A DNA stretch of 64,000 nt from Corallochytrium limacisporum Hawaii (taxonomy: Eukaryota; Protista; Pluriformea), in NCBI GenBank assembly GCA_002811645.1, contig PDIP01000067.1:116550-180549 (forward strand), written 5' to 3'. The notes beneath the pieces were generated by a model. It was not told where the DNA came from, did no database searches, and saw only the letters and a list, made by a program, of their open reading frames with translations. This document shows, one piece after another, positions 24,214-33,736 of this stretch. Numbering within the stretch: position 1 is the stretch's first letter; each line of letters starts with the position of its first letter. The position numbers and the translations under genes were made by a program.

Positions 24214-24737
24214 ATGGGTTCTCCAGCCAAGAAGAAGGCCGTTGAAGGCGCCAAGGACAAACCTGTCAAGAAGTCCCGCACCGAGGACGAGTCTGGATCC
24301 GAAACTGAGGTTGTCGAGGAAGGTGACACTCAGAAATCAGGGGGTGGCAAGAGCATGGACGAAAAGCGCGCTCATCACAACGCTCTGGAGCGTAAGAGGG
24401 TAAGTATTCTTTTGGGCTCAATTGTCGGAAGAGAGAGCCGGCATAGACACTGCGAACTCATGACTAAGAGCTAGTCACTAACCATTGAAAATTTTCTTGT
24501 GTATCTATTCTTTCCAATGTATAGCGTGACATTATCAAAAACAGCTTCGAGAGCCTGCGGGATACAGTGCCGAGCCTGAAGGGACAGAAGGCGTCCCGGG
24601 CCCAAATTCTGAACGGCGCGAACGATGTCATCAACAAGCAGCTGAAGACAAATGAAAACTTAAAGAAAGACATTGAGCGCATGAAGAAGCAGAATGACGC
24701 CATCAAGGCGGAAATCGAGGAAATGGAGAAGAAATAA
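24214..24737 (+). CDS. MAX: bHLH-Zip transcription factor Max (exons 24214-24399, 24525-24737)
   Basis: The spliced product reads EKRAHHNALERKR|RDIIKNSFESLRDTVPSLKGQKASRAQIL followed by a zipper. Intron 24400-24524 is GTAAGT...CACTAAC...TAG, phase 0. The ORF track does not show exon 2. Confidence 0.92.
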
Positions 24738-25046
24738 CCAATGGGTGTGAATCGTTATTACTATCACCATTCATTCCTTCAAGTTTAAGATAATTTCATC
24801 ATATTACAGCTTTGTAAAGGGCTATTCCATTCGACGAAAGAAGGTGAACATGAAGGGCAGCATGCAGTCACATGGGTTCAGACTATTGGATGCTGACAAA
24901 CATTACAAGGCAAAACCAGAATGATGATAGGATGCTACTGATGGTACTCATGCATTCGTTCTTTATGAAACACGATGACACAACTTCGAACAGGACAGCT
25001 ATGTTGATTGCAAACATTCTTCAGGCGTTGTGAAGACAGGAAAGTA

Positions 25047-26159
25047 CTACGATACCACAGTAGCTGCCTTCTTTACAGAGCCTTTGTCTCTGTTACCTCC
25101 GCTGGCAGCTCGTTTTCTAGTCGTGCGTCCGGCGCTGACACTGCCAACAGGAGAAGGAGCAGACGAAGACAAGTTCAGCTTGCGTCCACCATTTTCGCCA
25201 TTTAGGGACGTCACTGGGTTCTCAGGCAGATAGTTATCTCCATCCAGTATCGTATTCGGCTTTGCGGCCACATTGCGGAACTCCTTCAACGACAGAAGAT
25301 CCTTTGCTATACCTCTGACCTCATCTTCCTCCACGCTCTGTGCAAATGCGTCTCGGATCGGCCACAGATCATATTCAATGTCCTGGTCTAGGTCCTCCAA
25401 CGCAGCCAGCAGGGCTGCCATGCCAATGACTTCAGGTTCATAGCACGCAATCCAACCTGTGCAGTGGCTCCAGTGCGCGTACCGGAACGTCAGAGCCGCC
25501 AGGGATTTCTTGGCCTTTATAGCGCGCAAAACATTGTATGTCGCACGGCGAACGTGCATGGGTGTCAATTCGTACCCAAGAGTTTTGAGCACTGTTCGTT
25601 CCCAAACTATCATGCTTTCGACTTTGTCCTTCATCTCGGGATCGTGCATCTGTAGGTGGCGGCCCTTGGACGGGTTTCCGCTAGTTGCTCGCTGCACAAC
25701 ATCCACGGCGCAACAGATGCGCTTTGAGGAGACGTAGAAGTACTCACATTTGCCAGCAATATGAATACAGGACGGGATTACCTGCCATTTGGGACACTGG
25801 GCAAAGGACTGCAACGTGTAGAATCTCTGGTACAAGAATATTGCGCAGAGCCAGGGCTTTTCGCCCATTTTCATCAGGCGGCAGATGTCTGTGATGTACG
25901 CGGCACCTTGCCTCCGCTCGTACGCCAGATCCTCCTTGCTTACCTGCGAAGCAGGCGGTGATTTGAGCATGGTAGGATCAAAAAGTACGTCGATGCGTGG
26001 TGGACGCTCAAGTGCAGACCTTGTGGGACTACTCGGCGTCGGGGGCGACTGCGAGGAAGGTTTAGGTTGCGCAGATGTGGGAGTTGTGGAGGCAACGGAT
26101 GCAGTATCAGCCACTTGGGTTGGCTGCTCCTCTGCAGGTTTAGAGTCGTCTGCTGTCAT
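25047..26159 (-). CDS. Transcriptional cyclin (cyclin K/T/L family), divergent
   Basis: Cyclin box ERRQGAAYI...QRFYTLQSF...IAGKCE...WERTVLKTLGYEL. Confidence 0.8.
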   Translation of the reverse strand: MTADDSKPAEEQPTQVADTASVASTTPTSAQPKPSSQSPPTPSSPTRSALERPPRIDVLFDPTMLKSPPASQVSKEDLAYERRQGAAYITDICRLMKMGEKPWLCAIFLYQRFYTLQSFAQCPKWQVIPSCIHIAGKCEYFYVSSKRICCAVDVVQRATSGNPSKGRHLQMHDPEMKDKVESMIVWERTVLKTLGYELTPMHVRRATYNVLRAIKAKKSLAALTFRYAHWSHCTGWIACYEPEVIGMAALLAALEDLDQDIEYDLWPIRDAFAQSVEEDEVRGIAKDLLSLKEFRNVAAKPNTILDGDNYLPENPVTSLNGENGGRKLNLSSSAPSPVGSVSAGRTTRKRAASGGNRDKGSVKKAATVVS

Positions 26160-26552
26160 GCTAGTTAGACTAGACGAAAAGATTGAGTGTTACTTTGCTT
26201 GAAAAACTAACGGCTAGGACCCTACATGTCTCCCAAATTATTGCCTTGCTGCGGGAGGAGGGGCGTTTTTCTTCTCGTTTCTCGTACGCTTCTACTAACT
26301 TTGACTTATCCACGGAGTGTTATCAGTACATTCATCACCATCTTTGTCGTAGATTAAATACACCGATCTCATTACCGTCATCATAAACTAGCGTATGTGA
26401 CTGTTCATGCACCGGAAGTACCAGCCCACAAATCGGAGCAGAACAAAGGTTTTGCTCACTAGACCTCACGCTCCCATGCCTTAGACTTCTTGTTGCCCTT
26501 GCGAGCACTGAAAACTCGCAGTACACTACCTACCGCAAACAGCGGCCCGGTC

Positions 26553-26631
26553 CCCCACTCACCCGCCGCAATCTCTCTCTTCCCCTCCCTCTCTCTCTCC
26601 CTCCCCTCACTCTCGGCCCCCCCCTCCCCCC
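26553..26631 (+). repeat. ~79-bp pyrimidine-rich direct repeat, copy 2
   Basis: Essentially identical to 20149-20227. Confidence 0.85.
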
Positions 26632-27039
26632 GGGGGGTCTCTTACGCTAATCTGTGTGAGAGACACGGAAGGAGATTTAGTGAGAATGTCAAAAAGAGAG
26701 CGCGAGAAGCCTAGAAAATGAAAGGATGACCGCTGCAGACTCAGCATACTCAGACTATACCACCGGGCCTGCGTCCCACCGTCACAATTTTTTTTTCCTT
26801 TTTTTTTTTTGTCCAAGCGGCAGCAGCCCACCCACCCACTCCCTCCCGCCACCTGGTGGCTGCCCCAGAGTTGCACTCCCTCACCCCCTCCGCCGTACGA
26901 CCCCTTTTATTTTCCTTCGTGTGAGTGAGTGAGTGAGAGAGAGAGCGAGTGTCTTCTGTCCTCTCGCACTTTTCTTCAACTCTTCCCGACCCATACTTTC
27001 GACCGCACCAAAATTCTCATTTCCCCTTACCTCCCCCCC

Positions 27040-27492
27040 NNNNNNNNNNNNNNNNNNNNNNNNNNNNNNNNNNNNNNNNNNNNNNNNNNNNNNNNNNNNN
27101 NNNNNNNNNNNNNNNNNNNNNNNNNNNNNNNNNNNNNNNNNNNNNNNNNNNNNNNNNNNNNNNNNNNNNNNNNNNNNNNNNNNNNNNNNNNNNNNNNNNN
27201 NNNNNNNNNNNNNNNNNNNNNNNNNNNNNNNNNNNNNNNNNNNNNNNNNNNNNNNNNNNNNNNNNNNNNNNNNNNNNNNNNNNNNNNNNNNNNNNNNNNN
27301 NNNNNNNNNNNNNNNNNNNNNNNNNNNNNNNNNNNNNNNNNNNNNNNNNNNNNNNNNNNNNNNNNNNNNNNNNNNNNNNNNNNNNNNNNNNNNNNNNNNN
27401 NNNNNNNNNNNNNNNNNNNNNNNNNNNNNNNNNNNNNNNNNNNNNNNNNNNNNNNNNNNNNNNNNNNNNNNNNNNNNNNNNNNNNNNNNNNN
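27040..27492. other. Assembly gap
   Basis: Run of N flanked by C/G homopolymers. Confidence 1.
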
Positions 27493-27851
27493 GGGGTTGA
27501 GGAGAGGCGCTCAAGGGGGACCTTGAGTCCACTGGCCACCCCGCTTTGCTTATTTCTGACTGACTGGAGCTTTTCTTTGGCAGGCTTTGGGAGCGCGCCC
27601 TGCGGAGCGATTTCGGGGCGGCAAGGTAAGGGAGGGGCTGGCTGGTCAACGAAAGGGGGGTTGGGTTTGGGGGTGGGGTTCCCCCGCGGGAGTGTTGTCA
27701 TCGCTCTCCGGGCCTCGTTCGGCCGATTTCAAGTGCGTCCGGCTGGGGGATAGGGACTCCGGGAAGGGCTGATGGTCATCAGGCGATCCTTCCCCAAACG
27801 ATGGCAGTGTGCAATGGACGGTTTGCAAAAGTAGTTTATTTGGTCACAAGG

Positions 27852-28661
27852 TCATAGAACCAGATGGTTGTGCTGCTCGCTCTGAATAGGAGCGGTAGTG
27901 AAGCCGGAGGTAATGCGGCCGGCGCATACCTTGGCCTCAAAAATGGACTTCAGATCCGCAGCTGTTGCATGTTCAGGTCGTGGGTCTCTTCGATTTCCGC
28001 CAAACGGTTGTTGAGGGACCTTTCTATGCTTCCTTGCTCACGGATCTTGTTGTTGAAGGCCTCACGCATGGTAGGCTTCCTGGGTGCGTTCGGATCGATG
28101 GCTGCGCAGTCTGCATTCTCAACGTAAACCTGCAGTTCTGTGGCCAATTGCTCTTGCAAGACATCCAGCAAATCACACTTGTGCGTGAGTTGGTGGTACG
28201 CCGATTCACTGGCAAATGCCTCCTGGCGCAGAATGTTGACATCCTTGATTAGTTTGGCCCTCTCTTTGACTAGAACCGGGTTGCTCTTCTCGTAGGAGGC
28301 TTGCGTATCCTTCAGTTTTGCCGCGAGTTCAGCTTGGGTTGTCTTCTCACTCGCAAGAGCTTTCATCATCGGCTCCAGCCGGGTCCGCTTCTCTTCCAAG
28401 ATGTCAGCAAGTTCCTGAACCATAGTTTGGATCTGCAGGAACTGATCCTCCGCAGATGACTGTCCAATGTCAAACCCTTCTCCTGCACAGTAGTCGTCGT
28501 CATTGTCCGCTAAGTTCGTGGTTTCGACATCGTCCGGCGACGGCATGTTCGCAATCACGGCAAGTCCATTGGTGCAGAGTTGCATGAGCAAGTCCTGCCA
28601 ATGACAAACCCTTGTTAAAGGGTTCTCTGTTGAGACAATCGATGATCAGTTGAACATCCAT
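27852..28661 (-). pseudogene. IFT81: Intraflagellar transport protein IFT81 remnant (two frameshifts, large internal deletion)
   Basis: Frame 1 reads MDVQLIIDCLNREPFNKGLSL (IFT81 N-terminus). Frame 2 reads QDLLMQLCTNGLAVI...MVQELADILEEKRTRLEP...SESAYH...MREAFNNKIREQ...THDLNMQQL (C-terminal coiled coil). Frame 3 reads ADLKSIFEAK...NHLVL* (extreme C-terminus). Confidence 0.8.
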
Positions 28662-29380
28662 GGCTACTTCCGAGTTTCTATTCACTTCCTCATATCCGAT
28701 CTCACGGTATGCCAGAACTCAACACCTGCTACCTTCCGTTTCGCTGGTTTCCAATTTCTGTAATGCTATTCCATTTACTAGCATATACCAACTTACACAC
28801 CGCTTGATAGTACACAGGCTAAAAACTGGACCAAAATACCAAACTGAGAACCGCTATTCCCGATGGCTCTCACTCCAAACCTTACGACTATTCATCTTCC
28901 CCTCTCCGTCCCTACACCCAACAGGGACCCCACGTCCCCTCCCCCCACTCTGGAAGGCAGCCCAAATTGCCTTGGCGAAGGGAAAAAGCCAGCAGCCCAC
29001 CGATCCCCCCTTCAACTGAGAAACCCCAGCTCCCCGACCTCCGACTCTTTTGCCTCCCCACCCGCTTCCTCTTCGTTGGTAGGGACTGTGCGGCACCGGC
29101 CTTCCCGTGTGCGGGTCATTTGGCCGCTTCTGTGGCGTTGCCGGATCGCCGCCGGCCAAAGTAGATTGCCTGCTCGCAGTGAACGGATTGACAGAAGGAA
29201 GCCACCAAGGGAGAAGATAACCAGGAGATGAATAGTATGGCATAGGGATATTGGATCTCTTTACGAATGGGTGCTTGGGATAAAGAGCACAGCAATTCAT
29301 GAAATGGTAATGCAGGACGACTCTGTCTTTGAAGGATGTCCACAGTTCAAAAAAGTCTGAGAATTACGTAAGATTATCAA

Positions 29381-30040
29381 CTAGATCTCGTCCTCATCAC
29401 GCTTGGGGGGACCATAATCCTTACGCATGTACTGTAACCATCTTTCAAAGTCATGGAAATGGGATCGGAACGGTTCAGGCGTGAATCCAAGGAAATACGT
29501 GATGCCAATGAACCATAGGAAGCATACGGACAACGAGTGACTGGCCTGGAACAAACGCCATGACCAGGGGTAGCCCAGTGATGACGCCTTCCGTGCTGCA
29601 TAGAGGTACTGTCCGGTACCAATTGCAATGAAGATACCGCTGCAGATCATTAGAAAGAGGCCGGCTAATTCTGCGTCATTGGCGTAGATACCCGCGCCGG
29701 CGGTGGTGCTGAGGAATCCGTTACGGCTCCAACTGAGAAGATTGTTTTCGTGGCTCAGACGTAAAGCCCAAAGACTGCGTTCCTTCTCTGCAGTCCAACC
29801 CTTTTCGAAACCCGGAATGCATTCCTTTGTGCCTGGTAATTTGTCAGCGTCTGGGCTGAGCGCTGGAGGCTCGGTGTAGCTCTCTTGCCCTTGTGAACCA
29901 AGAACTACTTTTCGGCGGTAAAAAATCCTTTGATTGAGAAGGCAGCCTCTGTGTAGCGGTGATTGTGTGAGATTCTGTAGTGGTGTTTTCTGCCTGAGGA
30001 AGACTTGCTGTGTGTTGCGAAAGAGTAAGCGTCCAAACAT
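29381..30040 (-). CDS. TMEM160: TMEM160-like mitochondrial membrane protein
   Basis: WALRLSHENNLLSWSRNG resembles the TMEM160 motif WLLRKAHETAFLSWFRNG. It has a basic presequence and about three hydrophobic segments. Confidence 0.78.
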   Translation of the reverse strand: MFGRLLFRNTQQVFLRQKTPLQNLTQSPLHRGCLLNQRIFYRRKVVLGSQGQESYTEPPALSPDADKLPGTKECIPGFEKGWTAEKERSLWALRLSHENNLLSWSRNGFLSTTAGAGIYANDAELAGLFLMICSGIFIAIGTGQYLYAARKASSLGYPWSWRLFQASHSLSVCFLWFIGITYFLGFTPEPFRSHFHDFERWLQYMRKDYGPPKRDEDEI

Positions 30041-30374
30041 CGTGCCTCGTGTTACGAAACGGTCCCGATAGATTATCCGGGCATTCCAAGAACTACTTCA
30101 ATCCGCAACTACTTATGCTACACGATGGCAACATTTATTGAAGTACCTATATTTTTCAGCTCGCAGTTCTTTTCTGCGTCAGGTGGAACACCAAAGTAGA
30201 TTAAACAACCTGGAGCCGGCGCTGGTCAGACGCGGATCCGCGGCCCCGGTCACGAAAATATTCTGTTTCACCGTCGGGTCCGTACGCGAGACGAGACGAA
30301 GGGAGGGGGAGGGGTGGGGACGAGCGATTGGCATCCAAGCAGTGCTCTCGCAATCTCAATAGGAGCGCGCCTGG

Positions 30375-32204
30375 TCACTGCCACTGGGAGATTCCGGACT
30401 CCAGACCTGTAAACAGTAGGCGTGCGTCCGGTGCCCAAAAGAAATCGCGGAACTCCATGTCAGCGGGCTTCACGGAGAGGAGCTGATCGAATTTTTTGCG
30501 GGCGTGCCATACGTTGACGACATGGGGTCCGTCGGTGTCTCCCAGCGCCCATGACACACCGAGGTACTGACCAGAGGCATCATATCGCAGTGAGTTGATA
30601 ACCGGAGCTCTGTCATGGCCACTTACTGGCGGTTCCAGTGCCCTGACCTCTGTGAGTTTTCGAATATCCCAAATGCGAGCCGAGTTGTCTTCGCACAGAG
30701 TGGCAAGGTGGTAGCCGTTCTCCGAGAACTCCATGGAGGGCCTTTGCCACTTCGTACCACACACCGGTGACGTTGTGGGGATCACCGTGACCTGGGACAG
30801 AGTGCGCAGGTCATAGAAACAGATTTCACGAGGCGAGGCCATGGCAAGGATAAGGCCATCCGGATGCACAGCACCGCCACGAAACAGATCCTTCCCTCCG
30901 ATCCCAGGTCCGCGGGCCACCTCTGTGCCGTCCTCGCAGTTGAGGATATGCCAGTTATGCGTGCTCATTGCCACCGCGTACGGATCGCATGGGTGTAGCT
31001 GTACGCCTGTGGGGGTAACCCCTGTGTCCAGGAAGTCAGTCCACTTGATAGACCAGTCCTTCTTGTGCTTGCCCTTGGTGGAAATGTCCTTAATCAGGAC
31101 GTGATCAATGGTAACGGAATCAGCAACAAGCATCCTTGCCTCACTAACAGCAAGGTACTCCGGGTGACCCTCAAAATCGTAAAAGTTTTTGGGTTTCGTA
31201 CCACTACTGTCACTGTCCAACTGCTGATGATAGATGGGCACTGTTTTACGGCGCCTCTTGGGGTTAGCATCTACAAAGTAACGACCCATTCCACTGTGCG
31301 TAACCAACCGGCAGACCATACTACTCATGACCTCGACCTCCGATCCCTTGAAGTTCTTGACATCCTCCGGTGACGGTAGATTGACTGGCTTTTCTTTCTT
31401 CTTCCGCTTTGCTGTGAGCTCCTCAAATGTTCCCTGCAAATTTGGCAGATGTATTTTCTCCCAGTCAACACGCAGCTCCGCAGCTTTTCCTTTGGCTTTC
31501 TTACGTTGAGGTCCCTCGTCTTCGTTCTCTTCGTCTCCAAATCCGCCGTCCACGACCGCACTGTCCGCCGCCCCGTTTGTTCCATTCGCTTCAGGAGCTT
31601 GAGTTATTCCGGCTGGCTCTGTGGCTACTCTCTTTGTGGGGCGATCAGTGGCGTCTTCCTGTTCCACAGGTTCAGCATCGCCGTCTGCTTCCGTACTCGA
31701 CGGCACGTCCTTGCGTTTTCCATTGGTTGTAACCGATGTTTCCTTCTTCTGCTCTGACTGCTTTACTGAGCTCAACTGATCGGGTGCGACAGTTTGGGTT
31801 TGCTTCTGTAGCCGTGCAATTACGCGGCAGGCTGCATCGTACTGAAACAGCGCATGGGTCAGTTCCTTCCGCGTGGCATACACCTGCTGCTTCAGTTTAT
31901 GATTCTCCAATACTACCGAGTCCCATTCAGACTGAAACGCTTTCAGCATGCCCGGAATGGTGGTCGCACCCAATGGGCGAGGCTGGGCAATCAATGATGC
32001 ATCAGGGGGATTAATGACCACCACGTCTGTGACCGGGTCAACTAGTTTGCCATTGACGGGATCTTTTCCATCATTTTCATCCAGGTACCGCAGAAGTAAT
32101 CTCTTCTCAAAGACAGCCCCTGATACTCTGGAGACCACCGGTTCATCGGGCACCTCTCCGCACAAAGCACAGACAAATGCCGCTGCATGGCCCGCAGCCG
32201 TCAT
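30375..32204 (-). CDS. PRP19: Pre-mRNA processing factor 19 (U-box, tetramerisation coil, WD40)
   Basis: CALCGEVPDEPVVSRVSGAVFEKRLL; TIPGMLKAFQSEWD...HALFQYDAACRVIARL; HPDGLILA; FSENGYHLAT; YDASGQYL. Confidence 0.92.
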   Translation of the reverse strand: MTAAGHAAAFVCALCGEVPDEPVVSRVSGAVFEKRLLLRYLDENDGKDPVNGKLVDPVTDVVVINPPDASLIAQPRPLGATTIPGMLKAFQSEWDSVVLENHKLKQQVYATRKELTHALFQYDAACRVIARLQKQTQTVAPDQLSSVKQSEQKKETSVTTNGKRKDVPSSTEADGDAEPVEQEDATDRPTKRVATEPAGITQAPEANGTNGAADSAVVDGGFGDEENEDEGPQRKKAKGKAAELRVDWEKIHLPNLQGTFEELTAKRKKKEKPVNLPSPEDVKNFKGSEVEVMSSMVCRLVTHSGMGRYFVDANPKRRRKTVPIYHQQLDSDSSGTKPKNFYDFEGHPEYLAVSEARMLVADSVTIDHVLIKDISTKGKHKKDWSIKWTDFLDTGVTPTGVQLHPCDPYAVAMSTHNWHILNCEDGTEVARGPGIGGKDLFRGGAVHPDGLILAMASPREICFYDLRTLSQVTVIPTTSPVCGTKWQRPSMEFSENGYHLATLCEDNSARIWDIRKLTEVRALEPPVSGHDRAPVINSLRYDASGQYLGVSWALGDTDGPHVVNVWHARKKFDQLLSVKPADMEFRDFFWAPDARLLFTGLESGISQWQ

Positions 32205-33241
32205 GATGTTAAGGGCGTTGTTCTTACGCTTTCTCTCACCAAATTCAATTTAACTCACATTGTGTACGTAATTCAATCCATGCTAGAGTCTCGATTGTGT
32301 ACGTCAACCTCAAACTGCACAAAATTCCGACCTAAGTTTATTGGGATTGGACTTGGGGTCTCCTCTCAAGTACGACAACCAACTTCCCTGCATGGAACTT
32401 CGCGCGCCCATCCGAAACCCACCCGGCCGCCCCGCCTCGCTCCGTGCGGCAATATTATATACTGACATATTTGTAATCGTGAAACTTTGTTGTATTTTGT
32501 ATTTGTGTATTTGTATCTAGTGCTTCTCTTTCAACCTCCCGGAACCTCCGGTACCGAATGTACTGGAGGAGGCGGGTGTGGGTGCCGTTACCCCCAACTC
32601 CGATCAAGTACAACTGCCAGAACGGATTTTTCCCCGTTGTGAGGCTGTTCGCTTCCGCGCTCTCATGGCGATAGACTGCCATTTCTGGGCGGTTCACTCT
32701 GCCCGGATCCCCCCAACCCTCCCGGGGGCTCCCGGTCTCCGTTACTCTGAAGCTGTCTTTATTTGTTTTGAATTTCTCCTTCGGGGCTTTCTTGAAGCAA
32801 CACCTTCTCCTGCCTGGTCAGTCTTGCATTTCAAACGGCCCTTTTCTCACACGCACGAGTGTACGGTGCCAACAAATCACCCACACAAAAAACTCGAGCA
32901 CCATTTTGTGTGCGGTACAACCGTCTAACAACTTGAACTGAAAAGACAGTGTTATTGATCACAGCTGCCGGTTCTGCGATGCTGCCGATGAGGTGTGAAT
33001 GACGCGTTCGCTTGGCATAGCTGAGCACCACGGACCTCATTGTGATAGCAATGGATATAAGCAGCTTGAGAGAAAATGGACTGTATGTTTATTTTGTGGC
33101 ATTTTTTGATCAAAGAATGAATGAATAAACACCGGCTATTTCAGAGCAAGTAAGCAAATAAAATTGCACGCTCCTCAACAAGTTTCTGTATTCGTAGAAA
33201 CCGGGATTCGTTCAATTGTCGGACAAGAATACCAATCAACC

Positions 33242-33463
33242 ATGGATGCAATTGAGGACGTATACCAGCCTGTGAAGCAGTTCGCTGACCAGAGCCGCCA
33301 GTTTCTGCGCAAGTGCTCTAAGCCCGACCGCCGCGAGTACCGCAAGATTGCCTTCGCCGTAGCCATTGGTTGCGGTCTGATGGGTCTGATCGGATACGTC
33401 GTTAAATTGGTGCACATGCCCATAACCCGTATTTTGCTGGGCTCTGACTCAACAACTGCGTAA
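33242..33463 (+). CDS. SEC61G: Sec61 gamma subunit
   Basis: KCSKPDRREY..IAFAVAIG..LMGLIGYVVKLVHMPI; ATG at 33242. Confidence 0.95.
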   Translation: MDAIEDVYQPVKQFADQSRQFLRKCSKPDRREYRKIAFAVAIGCGLMGLIGYVVKLVHMPITRILLGSDSTTA

Positions 33464-33736
33464 ACCTAGATTTGATGGCCGGGTTCCAAGCGATTCATTT
33501 CAAATATTCACCGCCATCGATGTAAGGGGAGGACAGTCTCGGTTGACTGTCCCAAATGTAGAAGCGATATAAAGCAACATCAACAAATATAAACAACTCG
33601 GTAGCAAACACTTACCATACAACCAGGAGCATCAAACTTCACTCTTCCTTTGAACCTTACTATGTATTTGTCAATTTTGCAACACGGAGAGAGATATAGC
33701 GGGTGAATGAGGATAAGCAACATCGGGGGGAACAAA

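Noticed and set aside
26929-27753. Long ORFs spanning N runs (also near 20076-20123 and 58502-58705)
   Set aside because: They are open only because of unknown bases.
27950-27952. TGA readthrough or selenocysteine in the IFT81 remnant
   Set aside because: Homology continues in a different frame, not in the frame after the TGA.
28595-28655. Micro-intron that would repair the first IFT81 frameshift
   Set aside because: The only in-phase GT has a non-consensus donor (GTTCAA), lacks a CTAAC branch point and would delete the conserved N-terminal residues.
28655-28668. RFX X-box-like GTAGCCATGG at the IFT81 start
   Set aside because: Only half the consensus matches, and it overlaps the start codon.
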